A stretch of 64,000 nt of DNA from an uncultured Collinsella sp. (GTDB taxonomy: Bacteria > Actinomycetota > Coriobacteriia > Coriobacteriales > Coriobacteriaceae): contig UQLB01000005.1 of NCBI GenBank assembly GCA_900541725.1, positions 37,717 to 101,716 of the forward strand, given 5' to 3'. Below the pieces are notes generated by a model, which saw only the letters and a list, made by a program, of their open reading frames with translations, had not been told where the DNA came from and searched no databases. This document shows positions 27,586 through 37,599 of this stretch, in pieces. The position numbers were made by a program, and so were the translations under genes. How positions within the stretch are numbered: position 1 is the stretch's first letter; each line of letters begins with the position of its first letter.

Positions 27586-28410
27586 CTACTCCCCTCGCGC
27601 CGCACGAGCGGCAGCCATAAAACGAACTACCCGCTCAACATCAACCGGGGCATCCAGCTTTCCGTCGCGCTTTAAGCAGGTGCCGACAAACGCGCCATCG
27701 TAGTGAGCAAATACGTCAGCCACGGTATTTTCGCGACAACCGGTGCCACATACCACGGGTACTTCGCCAACACGCTCGCGGACTTCATCGGCAAGCTCGC
27801 CCGAAGCGCCACGACCGGCAGCCGAACCGCCGATGACCATCGCATCCGGAAGGCAATTAAAGAGAAGTGAATCGGCAATGTCCGCAGTCGTGCGGTCGTT
27901 GAGATAAACCTCCCCCTCGCTCGTGATGAAGTGAAAAAGCTTGAGGTCGTCCAAGCGCAGCGCCGCCTTGCGACGCATGGTGTGAGCGAAATCTCGGTTA
28001 ATCAGCCCGAGATCACCGGCCCAGGCACCGCAAAAATTGCAGCGCGTGAACTGCGCGTCGACGGCAGCGCACAGCTCGATTGTGGCATCACCATCGTAAA
28101 TAGCCTCAGCTCCCCAAGGAGTCGACAGATCATGGGACAGAGCCCCGATTACATAGCCCATCGATGCAAGGGTTGAGGGAGAAACGTGCTGCTCATAGGG
28201 CATCGAGAGCTCATTGGTAATCAAAATGCCATCGACACCGCCCTGCTGCAACGCCTCGAGATCGCGCTTGGCGGCTTCCACGACCTGCGACACGCTTCCG
28301 CCCGGGTAATACAGTGGATCGCCCGGCAGAGGACGCAGGTGCAGCATTCCGATAACCGGCTTTTCGGTCTTGAACATCGAGGTTAGAAACGACATAACAT
28401 GCTCCTTCAT
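27586..28410 (-). CDS. BtpA/SgcQ family TIM-barrel protein
   Basis: 274 aa. Similar in architecture to E. coli SgcQ / photosystem assembly BtpA (PF03437-like). Confidence 0.7.
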   Translation of the reverse strand: MKEHVMSFLTSMFKTEKPVIGMLHLRPLPGDPLYYPGGSVSQVVEAAKRDLEALQQGGVDGILITNELSMPYEQHVSPSTLASMGYVIGALSHDLSTPWGAEAIYDGDATIELCAAVDAQFTRCNFCGAWAGDLGLINRDFAHTMRRKAALRLDDLKLFHFITSEGEVYLNDRTTADIADSLLFNCLPDAMVIGGSAAGRGASGELADEVRERVGEVPVVCGTGCRENTVADVFAHYDGAFVGTCLKRDGKLDAPVDVERVVRFMAAARAARGE

Positions 28411-28428
28411 AGGGTTATTGCAGGAACG

Positions 28429-28857
28429 TTATTCCCCCAGCACCTCGACGTACACTTTTCGCTTCTGAGGACCGTCAAACTCCGCAAGATAGATGTTCTG
28501 GGCACCTCCGCACACGATGTGGCCATCTTGGACGGGAAAGAAGCAACTGTTTCCACAAATCATGCTCTTGATATGCCCACAGGAGTTGTTGCCGGTGGCT
28601 CCATAGCTCGGCAGGAAGTGTGCATGCGCATAGGGGGCGTCGAGTGGGGCGATGCGATCAAGCGTCTCCATAAGATCCGTCTCCACGCAGGGCAGCCCCT
28701 CGTTTACCACGATTCCACAGGTCGTATGCGACAAAATAATCGCTGCCAAGCCATTGGTCACCGAGCTGCGTTCGATGGCAGCGTGCACGTCTTCGGTAAT
28801 ATCGATGAACTGGTCCGGAGCAGTCGATAGATAGCTCAATGTCTCGAGCGTCACCAT
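28429..28857 (-). CDS. YjbQ family protein (UPF0047)
   Basis: 142 aa. Conserved HxHxxxxxxG-type motifs (HAHFLPSYGATGNNSCGHIKS). Confidence 0.75.
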   Translation of the reverse strand: MVTLETLSYLSTAPDQFIDITEDVHAAIERSSVTNGLAAIILSHTTCGIVVNEGLPCVETDLMETLDRIAPLDAPYAHAHFLPSYGATGNNSCGHIKSMICGNSCFFPVQDGHIVCGGAQNIYLAEFDGPQKRKVYVEVLGE

Positions 28858-28859
28858 GT

Positions 28860-29741
28860 TTACTCATCCCCTTCAAGAAAACGCAGGGCATTACCCCAGT
28901 AGAGCCTTTCTCGCGCATCATCGCGCATGGGCACGGTATCGAGCGCCCGCTTGAGTTTGAATGCACGGAAACGCGGCGTATTGCTGGCGAACATCACTTG
29001 GTGCGATAGCGCGCGCTCATACCACAGCGGCCCCATATCGACCGTGAAAAGACGCTGCATCATCTCCTCGGGCGAATCGATGTAAGTGATAGAGGTGTCC
29101 GTGTAGCAGTTGGGATACTTGAGCAGCATCGCCACGGCCTCGCGCACCCAGGGCCAGCCAAAGTGAGTCAAACTAAAGCGCACATTTGGATGCGTTGCGA
29201 TTGTGTGCTCAAATGCAAGCGGGTTACTGCGCGAGAGCTCTGCGCCAGGCTCCCAAGACATACCGGCATGGAAAACCACCGGCTTGTTATAGCGCTCGCA
29301 CAGCTCGTAAAGCGGCTCGGCCACAGCATCATCGGGGGCAAAACCCTGCTTTGCCGGATGCAGACAAAGCGCCTTTGCCCCCAACTCGGTAAAGGCGCGC
29401 TCCAATTCGCCTGCGGCACCGCTCACCTGCGGATCTACGCTCGCAAATCCCCACAGACGATCGGGGTGCGCGGCAACCAGCATGGCAATCTGGTCATTGG
29501 TGCCAAAATGCCCTCCGCATGCCGTGGTTACATCGAGCGGCATGAGCACGCTCTTCTGCACATCGCAGACGTCCATCTCGACTTGAAGCTCATCCCAATC
29601 CATGGGGCCCATATGCCCCATACCAAATTCTCGTGACCAAAAACCGAATCCATCAGGCTCATCACCCGGCGTACAGATCTCGCCGTAGAGCATAGGATGG
29701 ACCAACATGTCGATAACCATTTCGTACTCCTTTCCAGGCAT
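28860..29741 (-). CDS. Amidohydrolase-2 family metal-dependent TIM-barrel hydrolase
   Basis: 293 aa. HxH...H...D pattern (VHPML, FHAGMSW, THFGWPW). Confidence 0.7.
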   Translation of the reverse strand: MPGKEYEMVIDMLVHPMLYGEICTPGDEPDGFGFWSREFGMGHMGPMDWDELQVEMDVCDVQKSVLMPLDVTTACGGHFGTNDQIAMLVAAHPDRLWGFASVDPQVSGAAGELERAFTELGAKALCLHPAKQGFAPDDAVAEPLYELCERYNKPVVFHAGMSWEPGAELSRSNPLAFEHTIATHPNVRFSLTHFGWPWVREAVAMLLKYPNCYTDTSITYIDSPEEMMQRLFTVDMGPLWYERALSHQVMFASNTPRFRAFKLKRALDTVPMRDDARERLYWGNALRFLEGDE

Positions 29742-29747
29742 TTGACC

Positions 29748-30548
29748 CTAGTACGGCTCAAACGAACCAATCACTCGGGACGACAGCTCAGCACCCGCCT
29801 TCATACACGCCGGAATATCAAGGCCATCGATCACGCCCTTGGTAAACCCGGCAATATACGAGTCGCCGGCGCCCACGGTGTTAACGACCTTCTCCGCCGG
29901 TACGATCCCGCACTCATAGAAGCGCTCACCGTCATAGGCAATGCTTCCCTTCTCGCCAAGCGTGGCAACCGCAACGCGCGGTCCCAATTCCTGCACGTGG
30001 CGTACCCAGTCCCGCAACTCCGGAGTGTCCTCTTCAAACGACATAAATGCGTAGTCAACGTAGGGAAAATGATTCTCGCAGGCATATTCGGGATCCTGGC
30101 TGAACACCGAGAAGTCCATAACCACCGTCTTGCCCGCATCATGCCATTCGGGCAGGAGGTCCAAACAATTGCCAAACAGGTCGGTATGAATGATGTCGTG
30201 CTCTAGGATAAACGCCCGGTCGTCTTCATTCGGACGATATGTCTCCATTACGCCATCGATTGCCTCGAGATGCACGCGATCGACGCCGTCTTTCAATGCC
30301 ATGAGCATTACCGAGGTGTCGCCATCCTCCACCCGCAGATGAGAGATATCGAACCCCTCAGCGGCCAGCGCCTCCCTCATCTTGTCTCCGTACTCGTCCT
30401 TGCCGACAACCGACACGGCGGATACCGAAACGCCCATTCGTGCAACATGGATACCCCAGTCAATGCCATTACCGGTCGGATAGAACACGCCGATGTTTTG
30501 ATAGACGTCCGCACAGCAAAAACCAGCCGCGCACGCTTTAATACCCAT
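29748..30548 (-). CDS. PfkB family carbohydrate kinase (fructosamine/ketoamine kinase FrlD-like)
   Basis: Start trimmed to MGIKACAAG. C-terminal TVGAGDSYIAGF anion-hole motif of the ribokinase family. Confidence 0.8.
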   Translation of the reverse strand: MGIKACAAGFCCADVYQNIGVFYPTGNGIDWGIHVARMGVSVSAVSVVGKDEYGDKMREALAAEGFDISHLRVEDGDTSVMLMALKDGVDRVHLEAIDGVMETYRPNEDDRAFILEHDIIHTDLFGNCLDLLPEWHDAGKTVVMDFSVFSQDPEYACENHFPYVDYAFMSFEEDTPELRDWVRHVQELGPRVAVATLGEKGSIAYDGERFYECGIVPAEKVVNTVGAGDSYIAGFTKGVIDGLDIPACMKAGAELSSRVIGSFEPY

Positions 30549-30669
30549 GGTCTTCTCCAATGTACAAAAGGGGACCCACCACATGGCGAGCCCCCTTTTC
30601 GCGTTTCGCTTATTGTTTTGCATCGGCCGTCCAGAGTCTCATAGCCAGACCGCCGCACGCTTTCTTAAG

Positions 30670-31536
30670 CTATTCGACGATTGGTGCTCCGTGGCCCCAA
30701 GAACCTTCCATGCCGCACACGGTCGAGGCAAACCCGGCAGCAAAGTCGAGCGCGCGCTCGATGGCCTCGGCGCCGTCCTCGCCACGCTTGGCGGAATCGA
30801 GATAGCACATCAAAAACGAGGTAAGGAACGAGTCGCCCGCCCCCATGGTGTCCTTCATGTCCGTTACCGGTTTAGCCAGCTGGCGGTAATAACGCTCGCC
30901 GTCGTAAGCAATGCAGCCCTCGGCGCCCGCCGTAGCTGACACAAAACGCGGACCCAGGCCCTTCACCCATGCCAGACGCTCGCGAATCTCGTCCTCACTC
31001 GCGGCATCCGCCGCACTAAAGAAGGCAAAATCGACGTAGGGTGCAATCTGCTCGTAGTACTCGTCGGTGGAGTCGTCCGAAAAGTCAAAAGAGACCGTGA
31101 CGCCCGCAGCCTTCAGCTTGGGCAGCTCGCGCTCGGTAAAGCAATAGTTGCCCGAATGAACCACATCGAACTGCTTCATGTACGAAAGGTCAAAGCGATC
31201 GAGAACATAGCGCGCATCGCCACGGATACCGCCCTCGTTGGAGCCGAGGAAGACACGGTCACCGTCAACGACGGTCACGCGAGCCGCTCCGTTCTCGCCA
31301 ATCATCTGCTCGCACTTGTCAAGCTCGATACCCTCATCCTCGAGGCTTGCAATGACATGCTCGGCAGCGGCGTCATTGCCAAAAATGCCCATGTATGCAG
31401 AGCGTGCGGCACCGCATTTCTTGGCATAAACGGCGAAGTTCACCGCATTGCCGCCGGGATACATGGTGTGGATATGCTCGTAGCGATCGACGACGTTGTC
31501 GCCAAATCCGAGCGCGTTAACGTTAAATGCCATGGT
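30670..31536 (-). CDS. PfkB family carbohydrate kinase (second FrlD-like paralogue)
   Basis: Start trimmed to MAFNVNALGFG. DTMGAGDSFLTSF motif. Confidence 0.8.
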   Translation of the reverse strand, partial: TMAFNVNALGFGDNVVDRYEHIHTMYPGGNAVNFAVYAKKCGAARSAYMGIFGNDAAAEHVIASLEDEGIELDKCEQMIGENGAARVTVVDGDRVFLGSNEGGIRGDARYVLDRFDLSYMKQFDVVHSGNYCFTERELPKLKAAGVTVSFDFSDDSTDEYYEQIAPYVDFAFFSAADAASEDEIRERLAWVKGLGPRFVSATAGAEGCIAYDGERYYRQLAKPVTDMKDTMGAGDSFLTSFLMCYLDSAKRGEDGAEAIERALDFAAGFASTVCGMEGSWGHGAPIVE

Positions 31537-31546
31537 ATTTATCCTT

Positions 31547-32515
31547 CTAGTACTCGACAACACCCATATAGCGACGGAAATCGGGATCGTGATCAAACAC
31601 CTTGCCGCGTGCAGCACGCAGCTCGCAGTTCATGGCGTAGAACAGCACCGGGTCCAGATAGGCACGGACGCTCGCCGGCACGGCCTCCATACCGTATTCC
31701 TTGGCATCGAGCACCATCAGCGTATCGGTATGCGTCTTAAGGAACGCCAGGGCGCGCTCGTCCATAGCACGGCACTCGCTGGAGCCCATCTGCAGGAAGT
31801 AAAAAACGCCATCCTGAGTAGCCTCGAAGGGGCCGTGGAAGTACTCGGCAGAGTGGATGTAGCTGCAGTGCTGCCACTGCATCTCCATAAGAGAGCAGAT
31901 AGCGAAACCGTAGGTCTGGCTAAAGTTGGGACCGCTGCCCAGAATATAGAAGAACTCGTGCTCCTGGCAAAGCTTGGCAAAGCGATCACCCAGCTCGGCA
32001 TTTACCTTCTCGCGTGCCGGGGGAAGAATCTTATCCATCTCGGCGATACCGGCATACATATCGGCAAGATCGGCGTAGCCCTCCTGCTGATCGAGCAGCT
32101 CTGCCGCAAGCGACAGCGAAATACCAGCGGGGACCTCGGCCTGCGGCACACCCTCGCCCCACGGGTAGACCCACGTGGTCCACTTGCCGGAGTCGATCTT
32201 GGATCCAGCGTTGTCGGTCTGGGCGATCACCGTAGCGCCGGCGGCAAGGGCAATCTCGCAGCCCTCGACGACCTCCGGGGTGTTGCCACTGTGGCTACAA
32301 GCGATGACCAGAGACTTCTCGCCCAGACGACGCGGACGCATAATGTCAAATTCACGCGCGGTATAGATATACGAAGTGAAGGTGGTTGCCTCGCGCTGCA
32401 GAAGCTCATGAGCCGGGATCAAATCGATCATGGAGCCACCGCAAGCAATCCAGTAGACGCTGTCGAACTTGCCCTTCTCGGCAATTGCCTCTTTGATCAG
32501 ATCGTGTGCGTTCAT
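31547..32515 (-). CDS. SIS-domain protein, fructoselysine-6-phosphate deglycase (FrlB)-like
   Basis: Start trimmed to MNAHDLIKEA. Two SIS domains (CGGS..., ACSHSGNTPE). Confidence 0.7.
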   Translation of the reverse strand: MNAHDLIKEAIAEKGKFDSVYWIACGGSMIDLIPAHELLQREATTFTSYIYTAREFDIMRPRRLGEKSLVIACSHSGNTPEVVEGCEIALAAGATVIAQTDNAGSKIDSGKWTTWVYPWGEGVPQAEVPAGISLSLAAELLDQQEGYADLADMYAGIAEMDKILPPAREKVNAELGDRFAKLCQEHEFFYILGSGPNFSQTYGFAICSLMEMQWQHCSYIHSAEYFHGPFEATQDGVFYFLQMGSSECRAMDERALAFLKTHTDTLMVLDAKEYGMEAVPASVRAYLDPVLFYAMNCELRAARGKVFDHDPDFRRYMGVVEY

Positions 32516-32577
32516 ATCCAGTTCCTTTCTTGTTTGGCCCGCAATCAATGACGTTGGTTGCGTGGCCGATGGTTGTT

Positions 32578-33429
32578 TTAGTCAATCAGATATTTCTCGA
32601 ATGCGGCCATGTTCTTGGCATCTGCCGCTGCCGGGTCATCGTAGTAACGACCATCCGTGATTTCCTGGCCCAGCATGCCGTCGAAACCATGGGCGTTGAG
32701 TGTGGCGACGAAGGCGTCCATATCGTGCTTGCCATCGCCCCACACCAGATGGCCATACGGGTCGCCGTCGATAAAGTGCATCTCGTGAATTGCCCCATCA
32801 CCAAAGGCGGCAAACCAGTCCTCGAGCGTCTCGCCTGCAACGCCCATCGCGGTTGTATCAACCATGGGCTGTAAGTACGGGCTCGCGACCTCGTCAATCA
32901 TGCGCTTCGCATCGGAAACCGTCGTCACAAGGTTGCTCTCCTCGGGACGCAGGCTTTCCATCGTAAGCACCAGACCGTGCTCGCCGGCATACTCCGCCAG
33001 AATGGACAAGTGCTCGCGGCTGCGCTTCCAGGCTTCCTCGCGGTCCTCGTCCCAGTCGCCCCAGCCCGAGTTGATGGACATACGGTCGCACCCAAGTACC
33101 TCGGCAAGTTCAATGCCGTGTTTAAAGTACGCCAGGCTGCGCTGTTCATGCAGCGGCTTGCGTGCGCAGTACTGCCAAGGATAGACAACATTCTCGGGGC
33201 ACAGAGTACGATACCTAAGCCCACGGTCTGCAGCCTTTTTCGCCAGGACCTCAGCCTCAAAGTAGCCCGTATGGTCGAGCGTCACATGCGGCTCTGCACA
33301 CCACAGCTCAATGGACTCAAAGCCCAAGCGCTGCTGCACATCAAGGAAGTAATCGAGCGACCACATGATGTAGTGGATATTCATGCCCGCAATCTGCTCG
33401 CGACGCAGCGTCGGTTTGGATTCAGACAT
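32578..33429 (-). CDS. Sugar phosphate isomerase/epimerase (xylose-isomerase-like TIM barrel, FrlC-like)
   Basis: 283 aa AP-endonuclease-2/xylose-isomerase-like fold. Confidence 0.75.
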   Translation of the reverse strand: MSESKPTLRREQIAGMNIHYIMWSLDYFLDVQQRLGFESIELWCAEPHVTLDHTGYFEAEVLAKKAADRGLRYRTLCPENVVYPWQYCARKPLHEQRSLAYFKHGIELAEVLGCDRMSINSGWGDWDEDREEAWKRSREHLSILAEYAGEHGLVLTMESLRPEESNLVTTVSDAKRMIDEVASPYLQPMVDTTAMGVAGETLEDWFAAFGDGAIHEMHFIDGDPYGHLVWGDGKHDMDAFVATLNAHGFDGMLGQEITDGRYYDDPAAADAKNMAAFEKYLID

Positions 33430-33430
33430 C

Positions 33431-35023
33431 TTATGCCTCCTTATTTCGATCGAACACGATTTGTCCGTCCGACATCGTCATATCAACCGCAAGATCGCGT
33501 GCGTCGCGATAATCGAGGTCGAACACATCCCGATCGAGCACGCAGATATCAGCAAGCTTGCCAACCTCAAGCGTACCCAGCTCGTCTTCGCGAATCAGAT
33601 CGTACGCGCCCCCGGCAGTCCAAGCGCGCAAGAGCTCGACAAGCGTCAGCGTGTTGACCTCATTCACGGGCAGTCCGTCGGCGAAGAATCCGCCGCACGC
33701 GCTGTAGATTGACTCGCCCAGGCTCGGAATCAGCAGTGGCAAATCCGTTCCACAGCACACTGTGCATCCGGAATCTTCCATGCCGCGGCGATTCCAGCTG
33801 TGCAAAAGTCGCGTCTCGCCAATTTGTCGACGCATCATCGACAGGCAATCCTCGCGCCGGTCCAGCGTCAGAATCTGCGGATAGACCTCGCAAATTCCAC
33901 CTAACTTGCCAAACTCGACAAGATCGGTCGGGTCAGAGTTCTCGAGATCGGTAATCGCATGGCGGCGAAGCATCCGTCCATGCTCGTCTCGAGGCAGCGA
34001 GGCATAGAGCGCCACGGTGCGGCGAACGGCGCCATCGCCCTGGCAATGCAAGGAGTATCGGAAGCCCTCAGCATCAATTGCACGCAGCTCGTTCTCAATC
34101 AGATCCCACTCTGGCTCCTCGACGACCGTCTTGCCGGCAGCGCCCGCATCGGCCGTGTCCTCATAGGGGTCAATCATCTCGGCAAGCCCCGCCCATACGC
34201 CGCGATCGGTCATACGGTTGAAGCCAGAAAAACGAACGAACGGTCCCCGGAAGCGCTCTCGCGCCTCGCGGGCATATGCCAGATTTGCACCGGCGCCCAC
34301 CGGCTGCGACATCATAGAGACGCGAACCGTCAGCTCACCAGATTCCTCACGGCGAGCCATTTCGTCGGCAAAGCCGTAGTAGTCATCAAACGCCATTTCC
34401 TTGATGGCGGTAACGCCGCGCTCGTTAAGCATGCTCATGTAGTCCGAATACCCGGCACGCACCTCGGGCAGCGCAAGGAAATCGCTCATCATGCGCCAGA
34501 TCTTCTCGGCATAGCACGCTTGGGGTGTAAAGCCATATCGCGCACTGGCGGCAGCATTGAGAACGCAGGTCTCCGCGCCCGGCGTAAAGCAGACGACAGG
34601 GATATCGCCAAAACACTCGTCAAACACAGCTGCTGTATTTGCGTTCTCGGCATCCGATGCCAACGTTTCGGGTAGGTTGTGGCCAAAAGCCGCCGCGCAA
34701 TCCGGATGACCTTCTTTCCATGCACGCAAGAGCGACACGGCCTCTTTGGCATCAGCGATGCCGGACAGATCAGACCCCAACGTCCGCAGCGCCCAACCTG
34801 TATAGAAGGTATGCACATCGATCAGGCCAGGCATGACAGTGCGGTCGCCCAGGTCAACTACCTCGTCCGCCTGGGTCAAATACGAAGCTAGCTCACACTT
34901 GGTGTCAACAGCCTCAATTCGATTGCCACGGACCGCTACGAAACCTTCAAACGGCAGGTCCCCCGTACCGGTAAAGACGCTCTTAGACGTCAGGACCGTC
35001 AAACGATCGGACATCACAACCAC
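33431..35023 (-). CDS. Amidohydrolase-3 family metal-dependent hydrolase
   Basis: 530 aa. N-terminal MPGLIDVHTF (HxH) and C-terminal GTDLP motif. Confidence 0.75.
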   Translation of the reverse strand: MVVMSDRLTVLTSKSVFTGTGDLPFEGFVAVRGNRIEAVDTKCELASYLTQADEVVDLGDRTVMPGLIDVHTFYTGWALRTLGSDLSGIADAKEAVSLLRAWKEGHPDCAAAFGHNLPETLASDAENANTAAVFDECFGDIPVVCFTPGAETCVLNAAASARYGFTPQACYAEKIWRMMSDFLALPEVRAGYSDYMSMLNERGVTAIKEMAFDDYYGFADEMARREESGELTVRVSMMSQPVGAGANLAYAREARERFRGPFVRFSGFNRMTDRGVWAGLAEMIDPYEDTADAGAAGKTVVEEPEWDLIENELRAIDAEGFRYSLHCQGDGAVRRTVALYASLPRDEHGRMLRRHAITDLENSDPTDLVEFGKLGGICEVYPQILTLDRREDCLSMMRRQIGETRLLHSWNRRGMEDSGCTVCCGTDLPLLIPSLGESIYSACGGFFADGLPVNEVNTLTLVELLRAWTAGGAYDLIREDELGTLEVGKLADICVLDRDVFDLDYRDARDLAVDMTMSDGQIVFDRNKEA

Positions 35024-36487
35024 CTACGCCGGAAGCATGCCGGAAATGGCAGTAATGACCAAGCCAAACACGACCATGAAGATGAAGAACTTCCAAATGG
35101 TCTTCCACCATTGGCCAAACGAAATTTTAGCCACGGCAAGGCCGGCGACCGTCATGCCCGCCACGGGGCTGATGGTGTTGATGGTCTGGTTGGCAAACTG
35201 GAGCGCAGTGACGGCCGCCTCGGGATTGAGGCCCATGAGCTCGGTCAGGGGGCCCATAACGGGCATGGTGAGCGCCGCCAGGCCAGAACTCGAGGGAACC
35301 AGCAAAGAGAGCAGACCAAGGACGACATACATAAACGTGGTGTAGACGGCGGCGGGTGCACCGGCGAGCGCGGTAGCGAGCGCCTGGAGGATGGTGTCGA
35401 TGATCATGCCGCCCTCGGCGATGACCAGAATACCGCGAGCGATACCGATAACGACGGCAGCGTACGCAAAGTCGGCGAGACCCTTAACGAACTCCTCTGC
35501 GATCGTCTGCTGGTCAAGGCCGCCCAGGATACCGGCAAGCAAGCCTATGCCAAGGAACACGGCGGAAATCTGATTCATGTACCAGCCCTGGGTAACAAGA
35601 CCCCAGACGATAATGCCCATACCGCAAGCAAAATCGATAAGCACGAGCTTCTGACGGATAGTGAACTCTTCCTCGATGGAGGCATCGGTCACGGAAAATT
35701 CAATACGCTTGAGCTTATCGTCCTCGTACACAATGGACGACTCGGGGTTTTTCTTGACGCGCATGGCGTAGCGCATGGCCCATGCGATACCGACGGCAGT
35801 GAAGATGACCCAAGAAACGGCACGCAGCCACAGTTGCGGATTACCCTCGATGCCAATGATGCCTTGGGCGATCAAAACATTAAACGGGTCGATGGTCGAA
35901 GCACAATATCCCAGGTTAGGACCAAGAAAGCAGATGATGAATGCCGTCATCGAGTCATAACCGATACCCATCATGATGGGAATGAAGATGGCATAGAACG
36001 GCAGGGCTTCCTCAGACATACCAAACGTAGTGCCACAAATGGACAGCAACGTCATCGTGATGGGAATGATGAGGATGTCCTTGTTCTTGAGCTTTTTAAT
36101 CACACGGCTCATGCCGGCATTCAAAGCGTTGGTCTTGGTGATGATCGCGAACGATCCGCCAATCAATAAGACGAACGCGACGACGTCGGCAGCCTCTTGG
36201 ATACCCTTGGTGGGCGCTTGCAGAACCGCGAAGATATCCTGACCCAGATTGATGGTCTCGCCGGTCTCGGAATCGGTGTAGTTCTTATCGACCTGTTCAT
36301 AGGTTCCAGCAACGGCGACTTCACGCTCGCCCGCCGCTGTCGAAATCGTCTTGCGCTGATACTGACCAGAGGGAACGATCCAAGTCAGGACCGCAAAGAC
36401 AACGATCAGCAAGAACATGATCGTATAGACATGCGGTAATTTGAACTTAAAACGTCTGTTTGTCTTCTTCGCCTTCGTATCTGACAT
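35024..36487 (-). CDS. YfcC/DcuC-superfamily membrane transporter
   Basis: Start trimmed to the ATG at 36487 (MSDTKAKKTNRRFKF) with GGAGGT SD. Multi-TM throughout. Confidence 0.75.
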   Translation of the reverse strand: MSDTKAKKTNRRFKFKLPHVYTIMFLLIVVFAVLTWIVPSGQYQRKTISTAAGEREVAVAGTYEQVDKNYTDSETGETINLGQDIFAVLQAPTKGIQEAADVVAFVLLIGGSFAIITKTNALNAGMSRVIKKLKNKDILIIPITMTLLSICGTTFGMSEEALPFYAIFIPIMMGIGYDSMTAFIICFLGPNLGYCASTIDPFNVLIAQGIIGIEGNPQLWLRAVSWVIFTAVGIAWAMRYAMRVKKNPESSIVYEDDKLKRIEFSVTDASIEEEFTIRQKLVLIDFACGMGIIVWGLVTQGWYMNQISAVFLGIGLLAGILGGLDQQTIAEEFVKGLADFAYAAVVIGIARGILVIAEGGMIIDTILQALATALAGAPAAVYTTFMYVVLGLLSLLVPSSSGLAALTMPVMGPLTELMGLNPEAAVTALQFANQTINTISPVAGMTVAGLAVAKISFGQWWKTIWKFFIFMVVFGLVITAISGMLPA

Positions 36488-36705
36488 AGATACCTCCAAA
36501 GAACTCGAGACTGCATCGCATCTCGCTTCAACGTTTGCACAATGCAAACGTTCTATGACGTCCCATAGATTACCAGCAGCTTTTTCCTTCATCAAGATAA
36601 TTTCAAACTGATTGCCGCAACGCGGTTGAACGGTCGCGTTTGCGCCGTGAACGGTATGGAAACGCCCGGTGAGATGATCCACCGGGCGCTTCCATTCGCA
36701 ATGTC

Positions 36706-37449
36706 CTAGATGTCAAAAACGTAGCGAGACCCAACGATTCGCTGACGACCGATGATAAACGGCCGCCGCTGCTCATCGAAAAAGAAGGCTTCCATATAAA
36801 ACAAGGGTTCGCCAACGGGAACTGCCAACAGCCGAGCGACCTCGGGCGACGCGCACGCGATCTCGAGTGTGCACGGGTCGGTAAACGCGGGCGTACGGCC
36901 CGTCCGGTTACGCACGAACTCAAAAATGGATTGGTTAGATAGAGGTGCCGTTGATAGATAGGCGTTGTCCTCGTAAACGTATATGTTGTTCTCGAGCATG
37001 ACGGGGACTCCATCGGCAGTGCGCACGCGCTCAACGCAAATCAAGTCAGTTCCAACGGGAACACCAAAGAACTGTGCTTCGGTGGAATCCGCCGGCAGTA
37101 TCTTTCTCGAAATGACACACGCCCCCGGTTCCATTCCGTTAACGCGGCATGCGTCCGAAAAACTCTGAACGTCATCCTTCTGGCGAATCTTGCGCTTGAG
37201 CTTGGGAGCATTGACAAACGTGCCTTTCCCCTGTCGCTTCGTTAGATAGCCCTGCTGGACGAGCTCCTCAATAGCGCGTCGCACGGTAACGCGACCAACT
37301 TTATAGCTCTCAGCCAATTCGAATTCGTTGGGTATCCGCGCGCCTGCCTTGTAGGCGCCGGAGTTGATTTCGTTTTTAATGATATCAATGACCTGTTGGT
37401 ACAGCGGTATCGCTGCTTTACCGTCAGTTGGCCCTTCAGTCGGTGGCAT
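36706..37449 (-). CDS. GntR family transcriptional regulator (HutC/FrlR subfamily, UTRA effector domain)
   Basis: N-terminal GntR wHTH (ELAESYKVGRVTVRRAIEEL) plus C-terminal UTRA. Confidence 0.85.
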   Translation of the reverse strand: MPPTEGPTDGKAAIPLYQQVIDIIKNEINSGAYKAGARIPNEFELAESYKVGRVTVRRAIEELVQQGYLTKRQGKGTFVNAPKLKRKIRQKDDVQSFSDACRVNGMEPGACVISRKILPADSTEAQFFGVPVGTDLICVERVRTADGVPVMLENNIYVYEDNAYLSTAPLSNQSIFEFVRNRTGRTPAFTDPCTLEIACASPEVARLLAVPVGEPLFYMEAFFFDEQRRPFIIGRQRIVGSRYVFDI

Positions 37450-37599
37450 ATACCCTCTCCCAGCACAATTAATTCTAAAACGGGCTTAAGGGCATTCAAC
37501 AAGCCCTTAAGCCCGCATTAGCTTAAAGTATGCTAGGTGTCGCACCAAAATGTTGGCTATTTACTCATCAGACCCGAAAAACGCGCAACTACCGCGCTC

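Noticed and set aside
35111-36169. 352-aa plus-strand ORF opposite the YfcC transporter
   Set aside because: Shadow frame. The minus strand encodes a multi-TM transporter with proper SD.
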